Origin: Acanthaster planci
Taxonomy: Eukaryota
Assembly (NCBI RefSeq): GCF_001949145.1
Contig: NW_019091356.1
Coordinates: 930,789 to 994,788, forward strand
Direction of reading: 5' to 3'
DNA: 64,000 nucleotides
The position numbers and the translations under genes were made by a program. Positions 1 through 28,300 of the stretch are shown here, piece after piece (position 1 is the stretch's first letter; each line of letters opens with the position of its first letter). The notes under the pieces are model-generated. The model searched no databases. It saw only the letters and a program-made list of their open reading frames with translations, and was not told the DNA's origin.

Positions 1-608
1 GCCTGGCTACTGGTTTCAACGACCAACAAGTTTGGCACTGATCTCAAAAGTTGCAACTATCACCTCTGGTCAATGTCGCAGGGCAGAGGTTAACGCCCAC
101 AGCAGGTTGGACTGCAAGAATTTTCAATTCGTTGATTCACTGTGCAACTAGGAGTTTCTCATCTTTCCAATAACTCTTCTCTGTATGTTTTCTGAAGTCA
201 TGCTTTTTACAGCTCTTTGCATGTTAATTGACAAAAACGATTTGTAAGTGTACATGTAAGACTAAAGAAAAGGCCCACAATCTTGACGGTTGGCCATAAT
301 TCACTGTTGAGGATGAAGTCAACAAAACAACGGCAAGAACGCCATGACTAATGATGACCTGGTGCCTCTCTATCTTTCGTGATCTTTCATGTACAAATCG
401 TCGCAAAAAACTTTCTAAAAACAGGATTTTTGTACAGTACGATTCGCTGGAACAAATTTTCTCCCTTTAGGATTGTGCAAATTTTGCAATGACCAGAGGT
501 CTGTGTGTAGTAAGTAGAATTTCCATCATAGCCGAGTTCGTAATAACGACAGCCAACTGTCTATCATCTTCAATTCACATCAGTGTCAAGTTACATACTC
601 CCACGTAC

Positions 609-5636
<5,028 letters not shown>

Positions 5637-5699
5637 AGTCTGACTCTCCCGGCAGTCCCAGTTCTCCTCGTGTCGAGTCAGTTGTTTGTTGGTAGCCGA

Positions 5700-6330
5700 T
5701 AAAACCTGGCTGTGTGGCAGCGTGAATCGGTGGCACGTACGCTGAGGCTCTCACCCGAAGTATAAAAAAAAAAGCTCACCGAAAAGCCCGTCGTTACTCA
5801 CCACACACAATACAACCTCAGATGCTAACAAGAGACACGGTCCAAATCTCCGGCAAATTTCCTCCCCAAGCGCAACGGGCGAATGTCCACTACCTGCACA
5901 TGCACCGGCCAAGCCAAGTGAGCACACTGCTAGGTTCGTGGTGAAGGGGGAAATCAATGCACGCGGGCTGCCCCAGCCACTGGTAGGGGTTTGGGCACTG
6001 GATTGGGTTATATCGCCAGTAACCCAACTTGAACAAACCGATTTGGCGCTATTAACATGACGCGTCAACTGCGATCCCCTAACACACCACCACCACCGTG
6101 CAGCCAGCCAGCATGCAGACGACCCATGTATTTATGCACTGCTGGGATATATTCAAAACCAGTGCTACGCTACACACAACGCACGCACAAGGCATTGGAT
6201 AGGGCACGGCAGGGCAAAGCAACCAACGCGCCAAACCAATCATTATGCAGGGAGGGGTACTCACAATTGAGCAATACGGAGTACCCTCTCGCGCTGTTGC
6301 ACGCATTGACTGCAGTCGCGCGTACACGCG
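5700..6330 (-). promoter_or_regulatory. CpG-rich promoter region of ANP32
   Basis: CpG-enriched stretch directly upstream of the first coding exon, with CCAAT/ATTGG boxes near 6002, 6194 and 6236. Confidence 0.55.
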
Positions 6331-8588
6331 ACATGCAAATAATGTTCGGTTGATATAAAAATGTGCCATTTGGAACGAATATATGTTAGGAGCCGGAGAA
6401 TTTTAGATCCATTCACATTATCGCTGAGGTATTTTAACATGTCAAGAGCATGCATGATAACAGGACAGGGATCAAAATAACAACGCAGTACTGTCAACAA
6501 TAACGTTCGGTTCAGCAGAGAAGCGTATTGATCAATGCAAAAGTTTGACTAGACTGAGCAACAAAGGATACGCCCGACTGTCCATTTTGGCCAATTGCAA
6601 TCTTTCATTTTGTTGAGTACATCATGAATATTTACAACTGATTTTAATATTAGGACGGCGGGGAAGATAAACAAGTTTGAATTTAGGAAAGGGGTTTGGA
6701 CCTTGTGAATTACGCCTAACTGGGTACAGAATTCATATACTTTTCTATCTGCTTTTCCAAATGACTGAAAAGACATTGTGTGGACTGAAGTGATTCTAAA
6801 ATAATTTGGTCTTACGTCACAAGATAAAGCACATGCCCAAATTATCTAGGGGGAATTTGTTCACGATAAGTTAATCGAGGATGGGAGGGATTCATGGATT
6901 TTCTTTGGAGAATTCTCGGGTTCACGGCTGATGATGTACCCAATCATAGGCATTGCCAGATATCTGGGGGGGGGGAGCATTCATCACTAAGGAACTGATA
7001 TACCACGAACAGTGGAAGTAGGTCAGTATACATTTTCACCCCCCTTCCCATTTTGTATTTATTTTTCCCCGGGCCAAGTTGCTCCCCAGCGACGCCCATT
7101 TCTTCATCATGTCGGTCCTACAAGGACCGGATAGTTTGCTACGGTTTAACGTGCTATTGTGATCTCTATCAATTTGAATGCTGCCTTGTCAGGCCAATAG
7201 TAAAGCTTTGGTATGAATTAGACTGCATGCAGTGTATGACCGAATAAAACACAAGTACCTATCCTTGCTAAGCCTCTGTTAATCACAGTGTGGTAATTTG
7301 GTTTTCAATTAGTGTCACCACTAAATCATTTACGGCAATTTATTTCAAATCAGTGGTTATAATGTTATTTTTTTTAGATAGAACAATTTATTTTGAAATT
7401 ATTTTCGGTAACGAAGAAGAAAAAGCAAAATATGCTATCAGCTACTGCTTGATCTGTAAATTCAGGGGGCATCGTTTCCTCATTTACATACTCTCTGCGG
7501 GATTCTGTCCGATTAATTACTTGCTACCGGTCCCTACCTTTTAGAGGACGGCTGTTTGACGTCTGGAGACTTCGTACGGGATAGGGACCAGTCTATGTGA
7601 AATTGTTAATAGAACTTGCAAAACAATGGCGAAAGTATACATGTAGATGACACAGGCTAAGTCGCCAAATAAATTTTGAAGCCATTCTTATGTAGAAAGT
7701 AATTGTGATCTCATGCGACTTAAACATTAATCAAATTTATGGGATGATACAGTTCTAACGAGTCAGCTCCTCAAAACTCATTTCAGAGATTATGACGGCT
7801 ATCAATTATTAAACGGACACCTGTCTCGGTTAAAATTAAAACCCAAAATTTGTCTGGGAGAGCCCTGCAGCTACACGATTATCCTTGCCGTCGGAAGTCG
7901 AGTCTGTTGGTGAAGACGACTCTTCGAGAAATCATCCACACAAAGTCAGTATTTTTTGGAGTAAAATTGAATATTAGTTTCATGCTAAATTCAGAAAACG
8001 ACAGCTACATCCTCCGGGACAAGAGACGCGCTGTAATCGGAAGTGGGCGGTGGCTCGGCTTATCAAAGGCATCAAGAAAAGTCAACTTGATCTGCAATAT
8101 TGACGGTAGGGAGTCGTGCATTAGGGTTTCGGAATAGATGCTACATGGGTTTTTTCATCATTCTTGACCGAAAATTCAAATAGTCAAGGCCACTCCACTG
8201 TCTACAGGCGCCTTAAAATTCTAGTACTGAGCAAGCAGGTGGATTACTGGAGGCAGTTTATTCTTTCGACAAGTTGAAGTTAATTTGAGGTGGGTAAATC
8301 GGCCTTTTCTACGTCCAAATCCGAAGTGACATAGGCCTAGTGTTTTGAAGCCGACTGAGTGGTTTGAAAGTGAGCGTCACTTTTATGGCGGTGCGAGTTG
8401 ACCGTTAAGATTACACATGGTGTAACTTGCAGGAATGCTGCAGTTACGTGTGTGGATGGATGGACAAGTTAGCAAAATTTTTATTACAAAAATGCCGCCG
8501 CATGAAGAGTTTGTCATTAATTAAATTAACATTAATGTAACCACCCCTTTCGTCATTTCTTTACCGCCAGTGCGCCAACCAACTAAAG

Positions 8589-11500
8589 ATGCTGGTTTCC
8601 GAGGTAACCACTCTGCAGATCCTCTTAGGCTTGTCCTCTGCAGACATCCACGCAATCAACATTTTTTTGGTTGTTTTCTCGGCGAGCGCGCTAATTATCC
8701 GGTATGTTGCTGCTCGGTGGATGGAGTGTCCGAGACAATCTTTCCCGCCAGGGCCTAAGGGCTGGCCGCTGATTGGCTACACACCTTACCTCGGAAAATA
8801 CCCCCATAAGGTTGGCGCCTTTTGCTGTCTCGATTTATAAATAATTTTTTATCATGGTCTTAAATTCTTATCTATTCCGTGGTTGGCTGAGATACACGTA
8901 GACAGGGGCAGCACAAAATAAGTTTTCCAGAACGACCCAATGCCGTCAGACGCTTCAATCAACTAAATAATAGTATTTGTGGACTCGAACAAAACTTCAC
9001 CGTGATGTGAAGCATAGGAATCCACTCTTAACAACCCAACTTTCTGCTTGCTCAAGATGAGAAAACGTTTAAATCACAATGTCACCTTATTTTATTGGTT
9101 AACCAAGTTATGCAGCACACCGGCAATTATTAACCTAAGAGTTAGGGGCCTACATCCTGGGGAAAAGTAAGTTATCACCTTTTGTTTCTGGAGGTAATGG
9201 CACAACTTCGAAGGACGTATGGTGATGTCTTCAGCTTAGCTATCGGACCACGTACGGTGGTCGTAGTCAACGGGGTCGGTGCGGTCAAGGAGGCTTTGGT
9301 GGTTCACGGACGGCATACATCGGGCCGAACACCACCAGCCAGGGCCGTTACCATTGACACTTCACTCGGTATACAAGTCAGAAGTTATCTTTTTTTTTCA
9401 AATAAAAAGTTACAAAACAAATGACTTTATTTCAATCAGGTTATATTCTCTAGACATTTTTTTTTAATGTAAAACATGCCTAAGCCTATGTTTCATTTAC
9501 TCATAATTTACAGTTTCTTCCTGTTGGCGAACGTAAACTTTGGTAATGCTAATAATATCTTGTAGAAATCAACAATTGGCATAATATACAGTGTTAATTC
9601 ATTCTCGGAACCATTCGGGCAAGATTTGAATTTTGGCATCTGATCCAAAATGTTAATTTTCTCCATCATTCGGATTATAGAGACTTTGCATGGTAGCCAT
9701 CTTGCAAGGCAGTTCTTTTGTTCCACAGGGAAACTTTCTTTTTGCATATGCATACCGTTTTGAGTAAAAGAGCTTTCCTGTAAGACGGCTACCGGGCAAA
9801 GAGCAACAATTTTTAAAGAAGCTAAACCAGAACATAACAAGTACAGTAAATTCCCTTTTAGGCTATTTTTGGTCGTCTGGTGACCTGTGGCGCAGCCAAC
9901 GCAAATTCGGACACGGGGTTCTTCGTCATTTGAGCGGTCCGGGTCAGAAAAGCCTTCGGGCCGAGATCGAACGCGAGGCAGCCGTCTTATGCCATGAGAT
10001 CGCCCAGCGGGGCCTACTCGGAGCCCCATTGGATGTAACCATCCTGGTGAACAACGCAGTGGCCAACGTCATGTGCTCTCTGGTATTCGGGAAACGATTC
10101 CAATACGACGATGCAGACTTTCAACGGATGATGGACCTATCCGTTGACATCCAGCAAGGAGGATTCTCCGCTGTGGAGAACTTTTTGCCGTTTCTGTACA
10201 AGTAAAAGTAGCAGAGAATTAATTGCCCAAAGCCGATGGTTGTCATTCCTGTCAGCCAAACGTTTTGTCGATTGTAAAAAGTCTGCTTTTTATTTTGAAA
10301 GTTTACTAAGGAATTTCAAGTCAGATATTGTAATCCCTTGGAAATGTTCCAACTGAGTTTGTACTTTTGTCGTTTGTGTAACTGCAATTATTGTCATATC
10401 GTTATACCTATAACCGCTTGATTTATATATAGGTGTAAACTGCATTGATTGACACAAAAAGATTTGACAAAAAATATATTCATTAGTTTGCCGCACATCT
10501 AAAGACATTTTTCGTCTAACTTTATAAACGGTTAACTTCAAACACTTCTCAAAAATTCAAGACCTTTCATGTCCGATATTCAACAATTTCTTGGGTGACT
10601 CATCTGCATTTTGTTCGCAGAATTTTATACATATATTCCATTCTATTTCGTAAAAGAAAACGCATATTTTGTCCGTCCGCTCAATAGATGAAGCAATGTC
10701 ATGATTCTCCTGATCGATGCAATCTTCCGCGTTTTAACGTTTGCATCTGTCCATTTCTACTTTAAACACGCGTATTGACTTTATTTTAGCATTTTTAATG
10801 TAGGTCTATAACATTAAACAAACATTACAACGTTAAATTCTTTTCCCATACTTACTGTCTATCCATTTAGCTCTCCAACAATTTATGCGTCAACTAGTAC
10901 ATGAGATCTTAGGTAAATTAAAATGTATGCTTTCCATTTTATGCAAGAAATAAGTACAGGTCTCTATTATGAAAAGCAAAACGTTCTCACAATTTCGCAT
11001 CTTTCAGAAAAAAAGTCATTTAAGTCTTCTGGTCCTCCAGGATGATTGCTCAGCCTTCAATTTCTCGTCTTGCAATACACTGTGGCAAATCTGTGCATGA
11101 ATGCACATGCACCATTCGATAAATCTGATTGAAATATTTGTTAAATAGACTCAACAAAGAAAAATTCAATCCGAAATTGAAGTTAACCGTTTATGTACTG
11201 GAAGCGTATTACTACCAGCGAGAAAAACAAAACAAAAAATTATCTCGTTTAAACGACTTATCTAATTTAAACGACTTAAAATCTCTTTAAAACGACATAA
11301 CTATCTCGTTTAGACGCGATATTAAGTCGTTAAAACAAGATAATTTTTTTCACGTTGGCAGCAACATGCTTCCATATTTATGAATTTGAATGAAAAAGTT
11401 AAAAAATATACTTCAAAGCATACATCGGTGCCAATCCTTGCCTGTTTTCTCCTTTTCTGGGTTTAATAACCCAACGGAAGATTGCTGTAAATTTTTAGGG

Positions 11501-13888
11501 AAAGTTAACATCCGTTTGTGCTTTCTTTATTTAGGTTACCGTTTCTGTTCCGGCGATCCAAGGGAAAGAAACGGGAAATCTTGAGATTCATTCGGGACAT
11601 GCTGTTCCGCGGTCGCGATGTGGTCAATCAGGCGCATGCGCAAAGTTTAGCGGATCACTACTTCATCGAAATGGACCGACAAAAAAAAGGTATATACGAG
11701 AAGTGTTCAGATTTACTCGTGCATTATTGTGGATGAAGACTGTAAACGCCCTTTGGGTTAAGTTATAAAAGTGGTATATACAGTTAAAAAGTATTGAGGC
11801 GCGTTGACTGGAGCAAATTGACTGATAGATGAACCGATCGATCGATAAATCAGTCCGATTGCTGCCTAAATGACGAACCAATCAACCGACCATTTATCGA
11901 TCGGGGTAGGAGGATCGATTGATCGATTGGGGAGGAGTGGCAGCTTTTGGGGTGTGATTCAAGGATCACTAATAATTCCCCCGTCAACTAAGTCATCCAT
12001 TATGACAGGATTACATTCATACTCCCTGCCTCTTCCAAAGCTCTTCATCATTTGCAAGGAATACGATATACCGAGCACCATGTTATCTCGGCCGCATGGG
12101 ACATGTTCATCGCAGGCGTCGAGACGACTGCAGTCACGCTCTCGTGGGCGGTACTTTATCTGACATTACACGCCGACGCACAGAAACAGGTACATCTCCT
12201 CTCCCATCCTCGCAGCAGCAAAGAACACTGATGTTCTTAGCCTCTGGCAAATGTATTCATACATAACTTCGAGGCACCGGGTGATAAGTGCATGATTACA
12301 GCGTAGAAATTGTCGCGACAGGAGGCGATCAGTACTTTGATTACGAAAACCTCTTGCTTTTATTTCTAACAAAGAGAAAATATCCAACCAAATTTTAGTT
12401 GTGTGTTTATCACATCAACTCAAACAAGATGACTGTGTCATGATATCTAAGCACAAACTTGAAGAATGACATTGAATGGTACAAAATAGAAGTGCATCGA
12501 ACTGGTTTGCCCTTTGGCGATTACCTCAGGGCTTTAAAATTGGATTTAGTTCAGAATGCTGTTGAAAAACATTCTGAAAGATTATATTATTGATTCCAGT
12601 GAAGTATTCACGTAAAATGCCCTGCGCGGTGCGTGTCTTCAACTGTACTCACGTGCAAACTTTCAAGTGAAATGCTTTTACTCTATAAAGACATACGAAT
12701 GACATATTGATATGTTGCATCTCGGATTAGTTCCTTCCAATCGTGTTTTTTCCTCATTAACAGATTCAGAGCGAAATTGACGAGGTTGGTGGAGGAAACC
12801 CACCCTCCTGGTGTAATCAGAAGGACATGCCATTCACAAGGGCTGCCATTATGGAGATACAACGGTGTGCAAACATAGTGCCAATAGCTTTGCCACACAC
12901 CGTGACAGAGGAATTTCAGCTGCGAGGCTACACCATACCTAAAGTGAGCCCTTTGGGGGGGGGAGTGGGGGTTTGAAATTAGTTCTTCCTTTAAGCGTCA
13001 AGTTAAAAAACGACAAACACAAAATGTACTGGCTAGGGGCTTTATACAATCAATTTAGGGGTTGAAAAATGGAAAACAATTAAAAAGACTCAAGATTTCG
13101 ACCTTAGTGTAGGAAATAATATTGAATAAGTTCTCCAAACGAGCAGGCCCTGCTCCCTTTTTGTTTTCCAGAGGCACACTGATTCGTCCACTAAGCTCCA
13201 TCTTTCTTTGTGTCTTGTCTTCGGTTCCACAGGGCTCAGTTCTGTTCATAAATCTCTGGTCTGTTATGAATGACCCCACGGAATGGGATCAGCCTCAGGA
13301 ATTCCGGCCTGAAAGATTCCTGGCCAGTGATCTGAAGGTGGTCAAACCAGATGCATTTATGCCCTTCTCTGCAGGTGAGAATGAAGCAATTGGTGTGCTT
13401 TTGCTGAGGTAGATTTTCGACAGTGGATGAGTTCAGAGCAGTGTTTGGACAGGAGTAATGCTTATTTTTTTTTAGGGGGGGACTCACGAAAGTTTCTGAA
13501 TTTTTGTTTCTTTACCTTTGACATCCGTACTGAATTTAAGAACATGTTTACTATTTAAAAGGACATTTAGAACTCCGTTAAGATACTCCCTTTCCATATT
13601 TTTCTTTACCTGCATGAAATGAAGTCGAAATCAAGTCACAATTGATCTATTATTTTTAAATTTTTGGCAGGCCCACGGGTCTGCATGGGGGAACAACTTG
13701 CCAAGATGGAACTCTTTATCTTCATTACGAGTGTACTCCATCAATTTGACTTGACCCTTTCTGAGAATGAGCCACACCCCTCTCTGGATCCCCTACCTGG
13801 CATCACCTGTGGGCCACCCCCTTATCGGGTGTGTGTGGCAAGGAGACAGGTGTGTCAATCTAATCGTGACCGGGCGGAGCAACTCTAA
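8589..13888 (+). CDS. Cytochrome P450, clan 2 (CYP2-like), 526 aa
   Basis: Exons 8589-8810, 9194-9368, 9862-10201, 11535-11689, 12041-12189, 12764-12943, 13233-13374, 13671-13888 (1581 nt, in frame). N-terminal anchor plus PPGPKGWPLIG hinge, WxxxR (WRSQR), I-helix AGVETT, EXXR (EIQR), FRPERF and heme motif FSAGPRVCMG. Likely non-coding first exon ending at about 8289, with an acceptor at 8570. Confidence 0.93.
9677..9812. mobile_element. MITE family A, degenerate copy
   Basis: Left arm AGAGACTTTGCATGGTAGCCATCTTGCAAGGCAG matches the copies at 30809 and 43186; right arm decayed. Confidence 0.65.
11198..11374. mobile_element. MITE with internal short repeats
   Basis: Inverted ends TGGAAGCGTATTACTACCAGCG..AAAAAATTATCTCGTTTAAACGACTTA / TAAGTCGTTAAAACAAGATAATTTTTT..CGTTGGCAGCAACATGCTTCCA; internal TATCTCGTTTAAACGAC-like repeats. 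Confidence 0.65.
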
Positions 13889-14674
13889 AAATAAAACAGC
13901 TTGGAACAGGTCCCGGTTGTTGTCTCTGACACATTGAATAAGTTTAATTCATACAACTCAGATTAATGGAGAAGGAAATTAAGACAGTTATGTCAATTAT
14001 GACAATTCTGAAGTTTGGACAATTCCTTCAAATGCTTACAAGAACTGTAATAGATATTTCAAACACAAAACCCTGACAGTCCATAATCCTCTAATTTCAA
14101 TATGATTTTACATACAACCCTAAGGGGTTAGGGTTAATTAAATTGTTAAATTTGAATACCTACCTGTTTCGGATTCTCCAAAAAAGTTCATTTAATTGCA
14201 ATACCTTAATTAAAAAGAGTGGAATTCATTAAAATCGCAATATATCAATTAGCCTTTTGCACATTTAGGCTACACCACTGCCTTACTTCTTTTGGTCACA
14301 TCTAAAGGCTTAAGTATGGCTCATGACAAGTGATCCATGACTAAAAAACCTTGGCAATAATGGAGATAATTGATAAGGCCCGTTAGCTTAGGTGATAGGG
14401 TATTGATACAGTGTTCTGGTGTGCGCAGGTGTGAATTCAACTTTTGTCCATTTTTTTGTTTCATTGGAAGTTCATTAGAAGCCAACTCAGTCAGATATGG
14501 CTTTTCTTGAAGTAATGCAAGTGGGCACAAGGACAGAAGTGTGACGACGACGTATGATTTTAATCAAATATCACTTGTTGCATTTCATCTTCCAATGTCT
14601 GAAAGGTTTTCACAACTCTTGTATTAATTCCTCTATCACCCTGGACACACCCCTTGCTCCACACCATCCCTGGA

Positions 14675-23544
<8,870 letters not shown>

Positions 23545-23557
<13 letters not shown>

Positions 23558-23660
23558 CTTGGTGGAACACATGACAGCATGAGGGCGCACTTGGTGAATT
23601 ATATTATGTACACACAAAAAGATGGTGCTGGAACAGACGTGCTGCCGCGCTGTGTTGAGG
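23545..23660. promoter_or_regulatory. Compact bidirectional promoter PRMT3/CSDE1 with putative CSDE1 leader exon
   Basis: PRMT3 ATG lies in YY1-like CAAGATGGCG (minus, 23557). On plus, AAGATGGTG starts at 23619 and is followed by the donor GAG|GTCAGA at 23659. Confidence 0.6.
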
Positions 23661-25349
23661 TCAGAATTATTAAAGGCGAAGTTTCTCTCCTTTAAGCCAG
23701 ACTCACACGCCTTTTCTGACTTTTAGTGATCTGGTATATCTGATAATTGTGTGTAGAACTTTTTTATTCCAAGTTCCAATTATCTTGACGGAAAATGCCG
23801 TTTTTTTCTTGGACGGGATATGACGGACTTGGATGACTCACCGTTTTGCCCATCGTGTTTACGCTGTTCGTCTAATCTGCCATAACAAAAGCCAAACCTT
23901 GGTCTGACAAAGTTAGAGTGTTTGGGGTTTTCTGGTTCATCTTTAACAGATCGGAACTGCCCACACTTTTGTTGATGTCACTAGCGTTGTTTGCTGTTAA
24001 TGTTACATTTGTACTTCTTAATCCTCTTGATTTTGATTAGGCCTAGTTCGTTTTATTTTCATTTGGTCAGTTTGTGCTGGGTGGGTGAAACTTGCCAGTA
24101 TCCAGGTATCATCGTCATCAGACTTCTTGCTTTGGCTTGAGTTGGAATTTAGTATGTTTGTCTACTTAAAGTGGTCTTATTCCTTTCGATTTTGTGTGTT
24201 AGCAAGTACACAAAGTCATTTTCCAAATCTGATATCTGGGAAAACTAGCTGTTTAGTATCCGTCATTTTGCCACTTTTTCACGACATTATCCTATGTATT
24301 CTAGAAATATTGGTCATTCAAAATGTGTTGAAAAACTATTAATTTTGGAACGGATACATTTCAAAACATAAAATGCAATGTTTGTTTTCATGATTTCCCC
24401 AAAGATGGTGCATGTATTCACTTGCGAGAATCTTTGATGGAATTTGTGTTTTAGGCGTGAAGAATGGTCCATACCTTTACAATGACGCCTATTTTAAAAA
24501 AAATCATTCTTCACTATTCATATTCCTGACACCATGATATGAGTGAGGAAACACTGTCAAAAGTTGTTCTTATTTATGCCAAGACATTGGCAGAGGTGTC
24601 AAATTTTCAACATGACATCTGGTCAGTCTTTGATTGTGGAATGAGACTTACTTATTTTTTTTTTCTGGGCAGCTATCGGCACAACCACCAACTTTAAGCT
24701 ATCCCATGAGATGCACTTAAGCCTTTCCAAGCTTCGTTCCATCAGCGTTGCATTCCAAGCTCAACACAGCATCCGATCCTTGGAGGTTTGGTACCCAGAG
24801 ACCTAAGGTGCCAAACATCGTTACCTAGGAAGGAGAAGAGGACTTAGCCACGGTCTGCAACAAGCTACTGAGGAAGACACTCAATCTGTTATTCGTTTGA
24901 GCCACTCAAGTCAAAAAAGGTGCCAGTTTTAACTAGCAACAAGCCAACTTTTTCCAGATCTGCCCGTGAGACTTTTGATTGGAATAAGGCCAACACGTGA
25001 TAAACTAATCAAAGAATTTTTCCAAGAATTTCTATTCTCTCATGAAACCTCTCCAGTTGCTTCCAGTTGGCATTGTAAACATAGGTTTCAACTTCACTCT
25101 GAACAGACAAACAAACAGGGTGCTGAAGTTTGTGTGTTCACAAGTATTTGCATACCAGGATGTCTGAAAAACCCTCTGGTGTAAAACTCTTGTGGACTTG
25201 ATTGTCATTGATTTCCTTCCAGGAGAAGTTGCAGATTATCAGGATCGTGGAACCCAGACGGCAGCTGTCTTGGACGGAAAAAGAGATTTCGGCGGAAAAC
25301 TCTTTATATTAACTGGAAAAAACCTTGATCCGTCCCCAGATTTATCATC

Positions 25350-28300
25350 ATGGCCACCAGCCCATCATGGAAGGTGGGCAATGTTGATTTCAAAATGTCT
25401 GGAATTTGCCTCCAGTTGAGGCTAAGGATAATGATAATTTGAAGTAACAGAATTTCAAGGGAACTTCCCAAATAAACATTTCCCAATTGCGTTTAATGAG
25501 ATTGGCTTTAAATGCAATCTCATCTCTGTGAAAAGAAAATTATGAACTTCACCTGGTTGAACCTCCTCGATTCTCAGGTCTAGGTAACCATTCTTTGACT
25601 TTGCACAGAGACTTAATTCCCAAGACTCCCCGGGAGGGATCAAACCGTTCCGTCCAGCCAACCATCAACTAAACAGGGCAGCCAGCTTTCCTCCACAAAA
25701 TGGGTGAGTACAAGGCTTGTCTGTCTGTCAATTTCATCCTGGGAGTTTACTAGTAATCCTAGCAAATCTTCCAACATCCTGAAGGGATCCAGGGGTCGGT
25801 AGATTCTCTGCAGTTCAACTTTCAAGAGGATTCAAGACCCATGTTACAAAATAATGGCTGAGGTCTACCTTCCTCAATCCTACAAGGATTTAAAAAATCC
25901 TGTTTTTGAAGAATTTCTCATTCACTATATATTTTCTCTTACTTTTTTCCTACAGAGCATCCTTTCGAGAAACGGGAATGGTTGAGAAAATGCTAGTGAG
26001 TGTCGCACCCGTGTACAGTCATGCTTTAATGTACCACTCTAAGAGAGATTTCTAGAATACCTCAGGACATATCCCTTGGCTTGAATGTGTTGGCTGTGTC
26101 TAATCTCTGCCTCCGCAGATTTCTCTGGTATTGCTTGAAAAAACCCTCAGTATGACGATTTTTTCCATATTGGTGAAGGTGAGGAAAAGTAAACAATAAC
26201 AGTGCAAATATATAAATCAAGAAATTATTATAGAATAACAAAAACAAGAAATACATAAGTAAAAGGAAAAACCAATATGGGGGCTTTTTCAGAAGCCGGG
26301 AGGCTTGTATTGAAAAGCCCTGGACAAAACAAACTTCACAGAGAGACAACTAAAAGCAAGACAATAAACAACAACAACAATAAATTAACTTAAGGGAAAT
26401 ACGTTATGATGGAAATAAACATTAATGAAAAAGAACAATAATAAATTTGGTAATTTATGTTAATCATGACATGCAATAAGTCTTCTATTTCTTTTTTTCG
26501 TTTGATGGCATTTACTTCATTTTACTGTGGTTATTTAATTCATTGATGACCAAAATGCTGACATTGTGCAATGACTTCCACATGATGTTGGGGGACAGGG
26601 GCGGGGTTCTCTGGGGGGTAGGCTGTAAGATTGTCCATAGACTGTTTGATGGTGAGAATTAGAATGCCCGTAACTGCTGTGTGCTGCCCCGTGGTTTTGA
26701 GGCAAATGTTCAACATTTTCACATTGTTTTCTTAACCTCCTCAGGGTTCCTATGGTTTTATCACGTGTTGTGACCGAGATGGCCGTCTATTTTTCCACGG
26801 AAGTCACTACGACGGAAATATGGAGAACCTCAAAGTTGGAGGTAAGCCAGCTAGACATGGATAAATTTTCCAAACTCTTTCCTGTTTGGGAGAGCTGGTT
26901 TGTAGTACACACGCCTCTAATACTTATGTTCTTTCTTTGTTGATCCCTTGGCAGACCCAGTAGAGTTTGAGACTGTCCCTGACTGCCGCACTGGCAAACC
27001 CATTGCTAGCAAGATCATCAAACTTAGCCCTGGCACTGTCTCCAACGAAGTCATCTCAGAAGAGATGTTAACGGGCCTTGTGGTGCTTGAAGCTAAACCA
27101 AGCAAGCAAAAAACAGTGAGTAAAACGCCAGAACCATTAGATTGGATTCCTTTGTGAGGAGCCTGATGTCATGCCAAAGATTTGAAAAGAGAGGAAATAA
27201 TCACTCTCAGATGGTGAGGAAAAAAGTCAAATATTTCTGTTTAAGTTTGTGCCCCCAAAATCTAAGTTAATATGAAACATAGCAAATTTGCATGATCATG
27301 GCAGAAAACGAAATCATTTGGAGGAGAGAGATTTGAAAGTCCTTATGGAGCTTTTATTGTGTTTTCAGCCGGCTGGTTGCCCAATAACTGCCGAATATGG
27401 ACGAGTAGCCTACGAAATGAACGGCGTAAGTTGGCTGCATTTATTTTTGTTTCCAGAGAATCATTCTATCTTGCCTTATTGTATCTTAATCCAGTCGCCC
27501 TGGGTTCCATAAAATTGAGGAACTTATTTAGGCCCAAACTTGAAGACAGAATAGAGAAGACAATAAAGAAATGTTTCGGTTCGTATGAGTTCCTATTTGA
27601 CAAATCTAAGATTTTAAGGACAAACGCCCCATCTTGTCTCACGAGTTTTCTCTCCAATATTTGACCAACCTCACATGGGCATCATTCTGAGAACAAATCC
27701 TTTTCCTGGCACTACCAACTGATTATGGAATTCTTATCTTAGGAAAGCTTCTTTCTTGCCTACGGGATGGAGGACATGTACGACAAAGGACGTCCTCTCA
27801 AAAAAGGAGACAAAGTCTCTTTTTTTCTTGCCACTGACAAACGGTAAGCAAGACCTCATGACAGTCTCATTTTATTCTTCATCTAATTCTCACATTGTCT
27901 GTTGGTCTAAGCTTAAAGAAAGGAAATTGAGAATAGAGAATGGAACTTCTGTGTTCCCAGTTGGGCTACTTAGCTCTTTTGGCATCTTGAACAACTAGGC
28001 ATTCAACTACATTTTGAGATGGTTCGTCGTTAATTTCTTCATTTCATTTGAATATGAACACCTTCTGCCAGTTTACAAATGTAGGCTTGATACCAGTCGC
28101 TTTTACCAGTAAATTGCTGAAGAGATTTGCAATGCACCATTGCAATTCACATTATTGTATATGGTCATGTGTTGGAAATTCTGAGACGACTGTTCATCCT
28201 ATTACATTGTTTTGAAGGAACGGCAACGTGCAAGCTCGGAGGATCCGGATGGTGGAGCCAGTTCAGGTGCCGAAATATCAAGGAGTCGTCTGCTCTATGA

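Noticed and set aside
591..608. ANP32 ending at the in-frame stop at 591
   Set aside because: A phase-0 donor (GTG|GTACGT) at 609 and the missing basic NLS point to a further exon outside the window.
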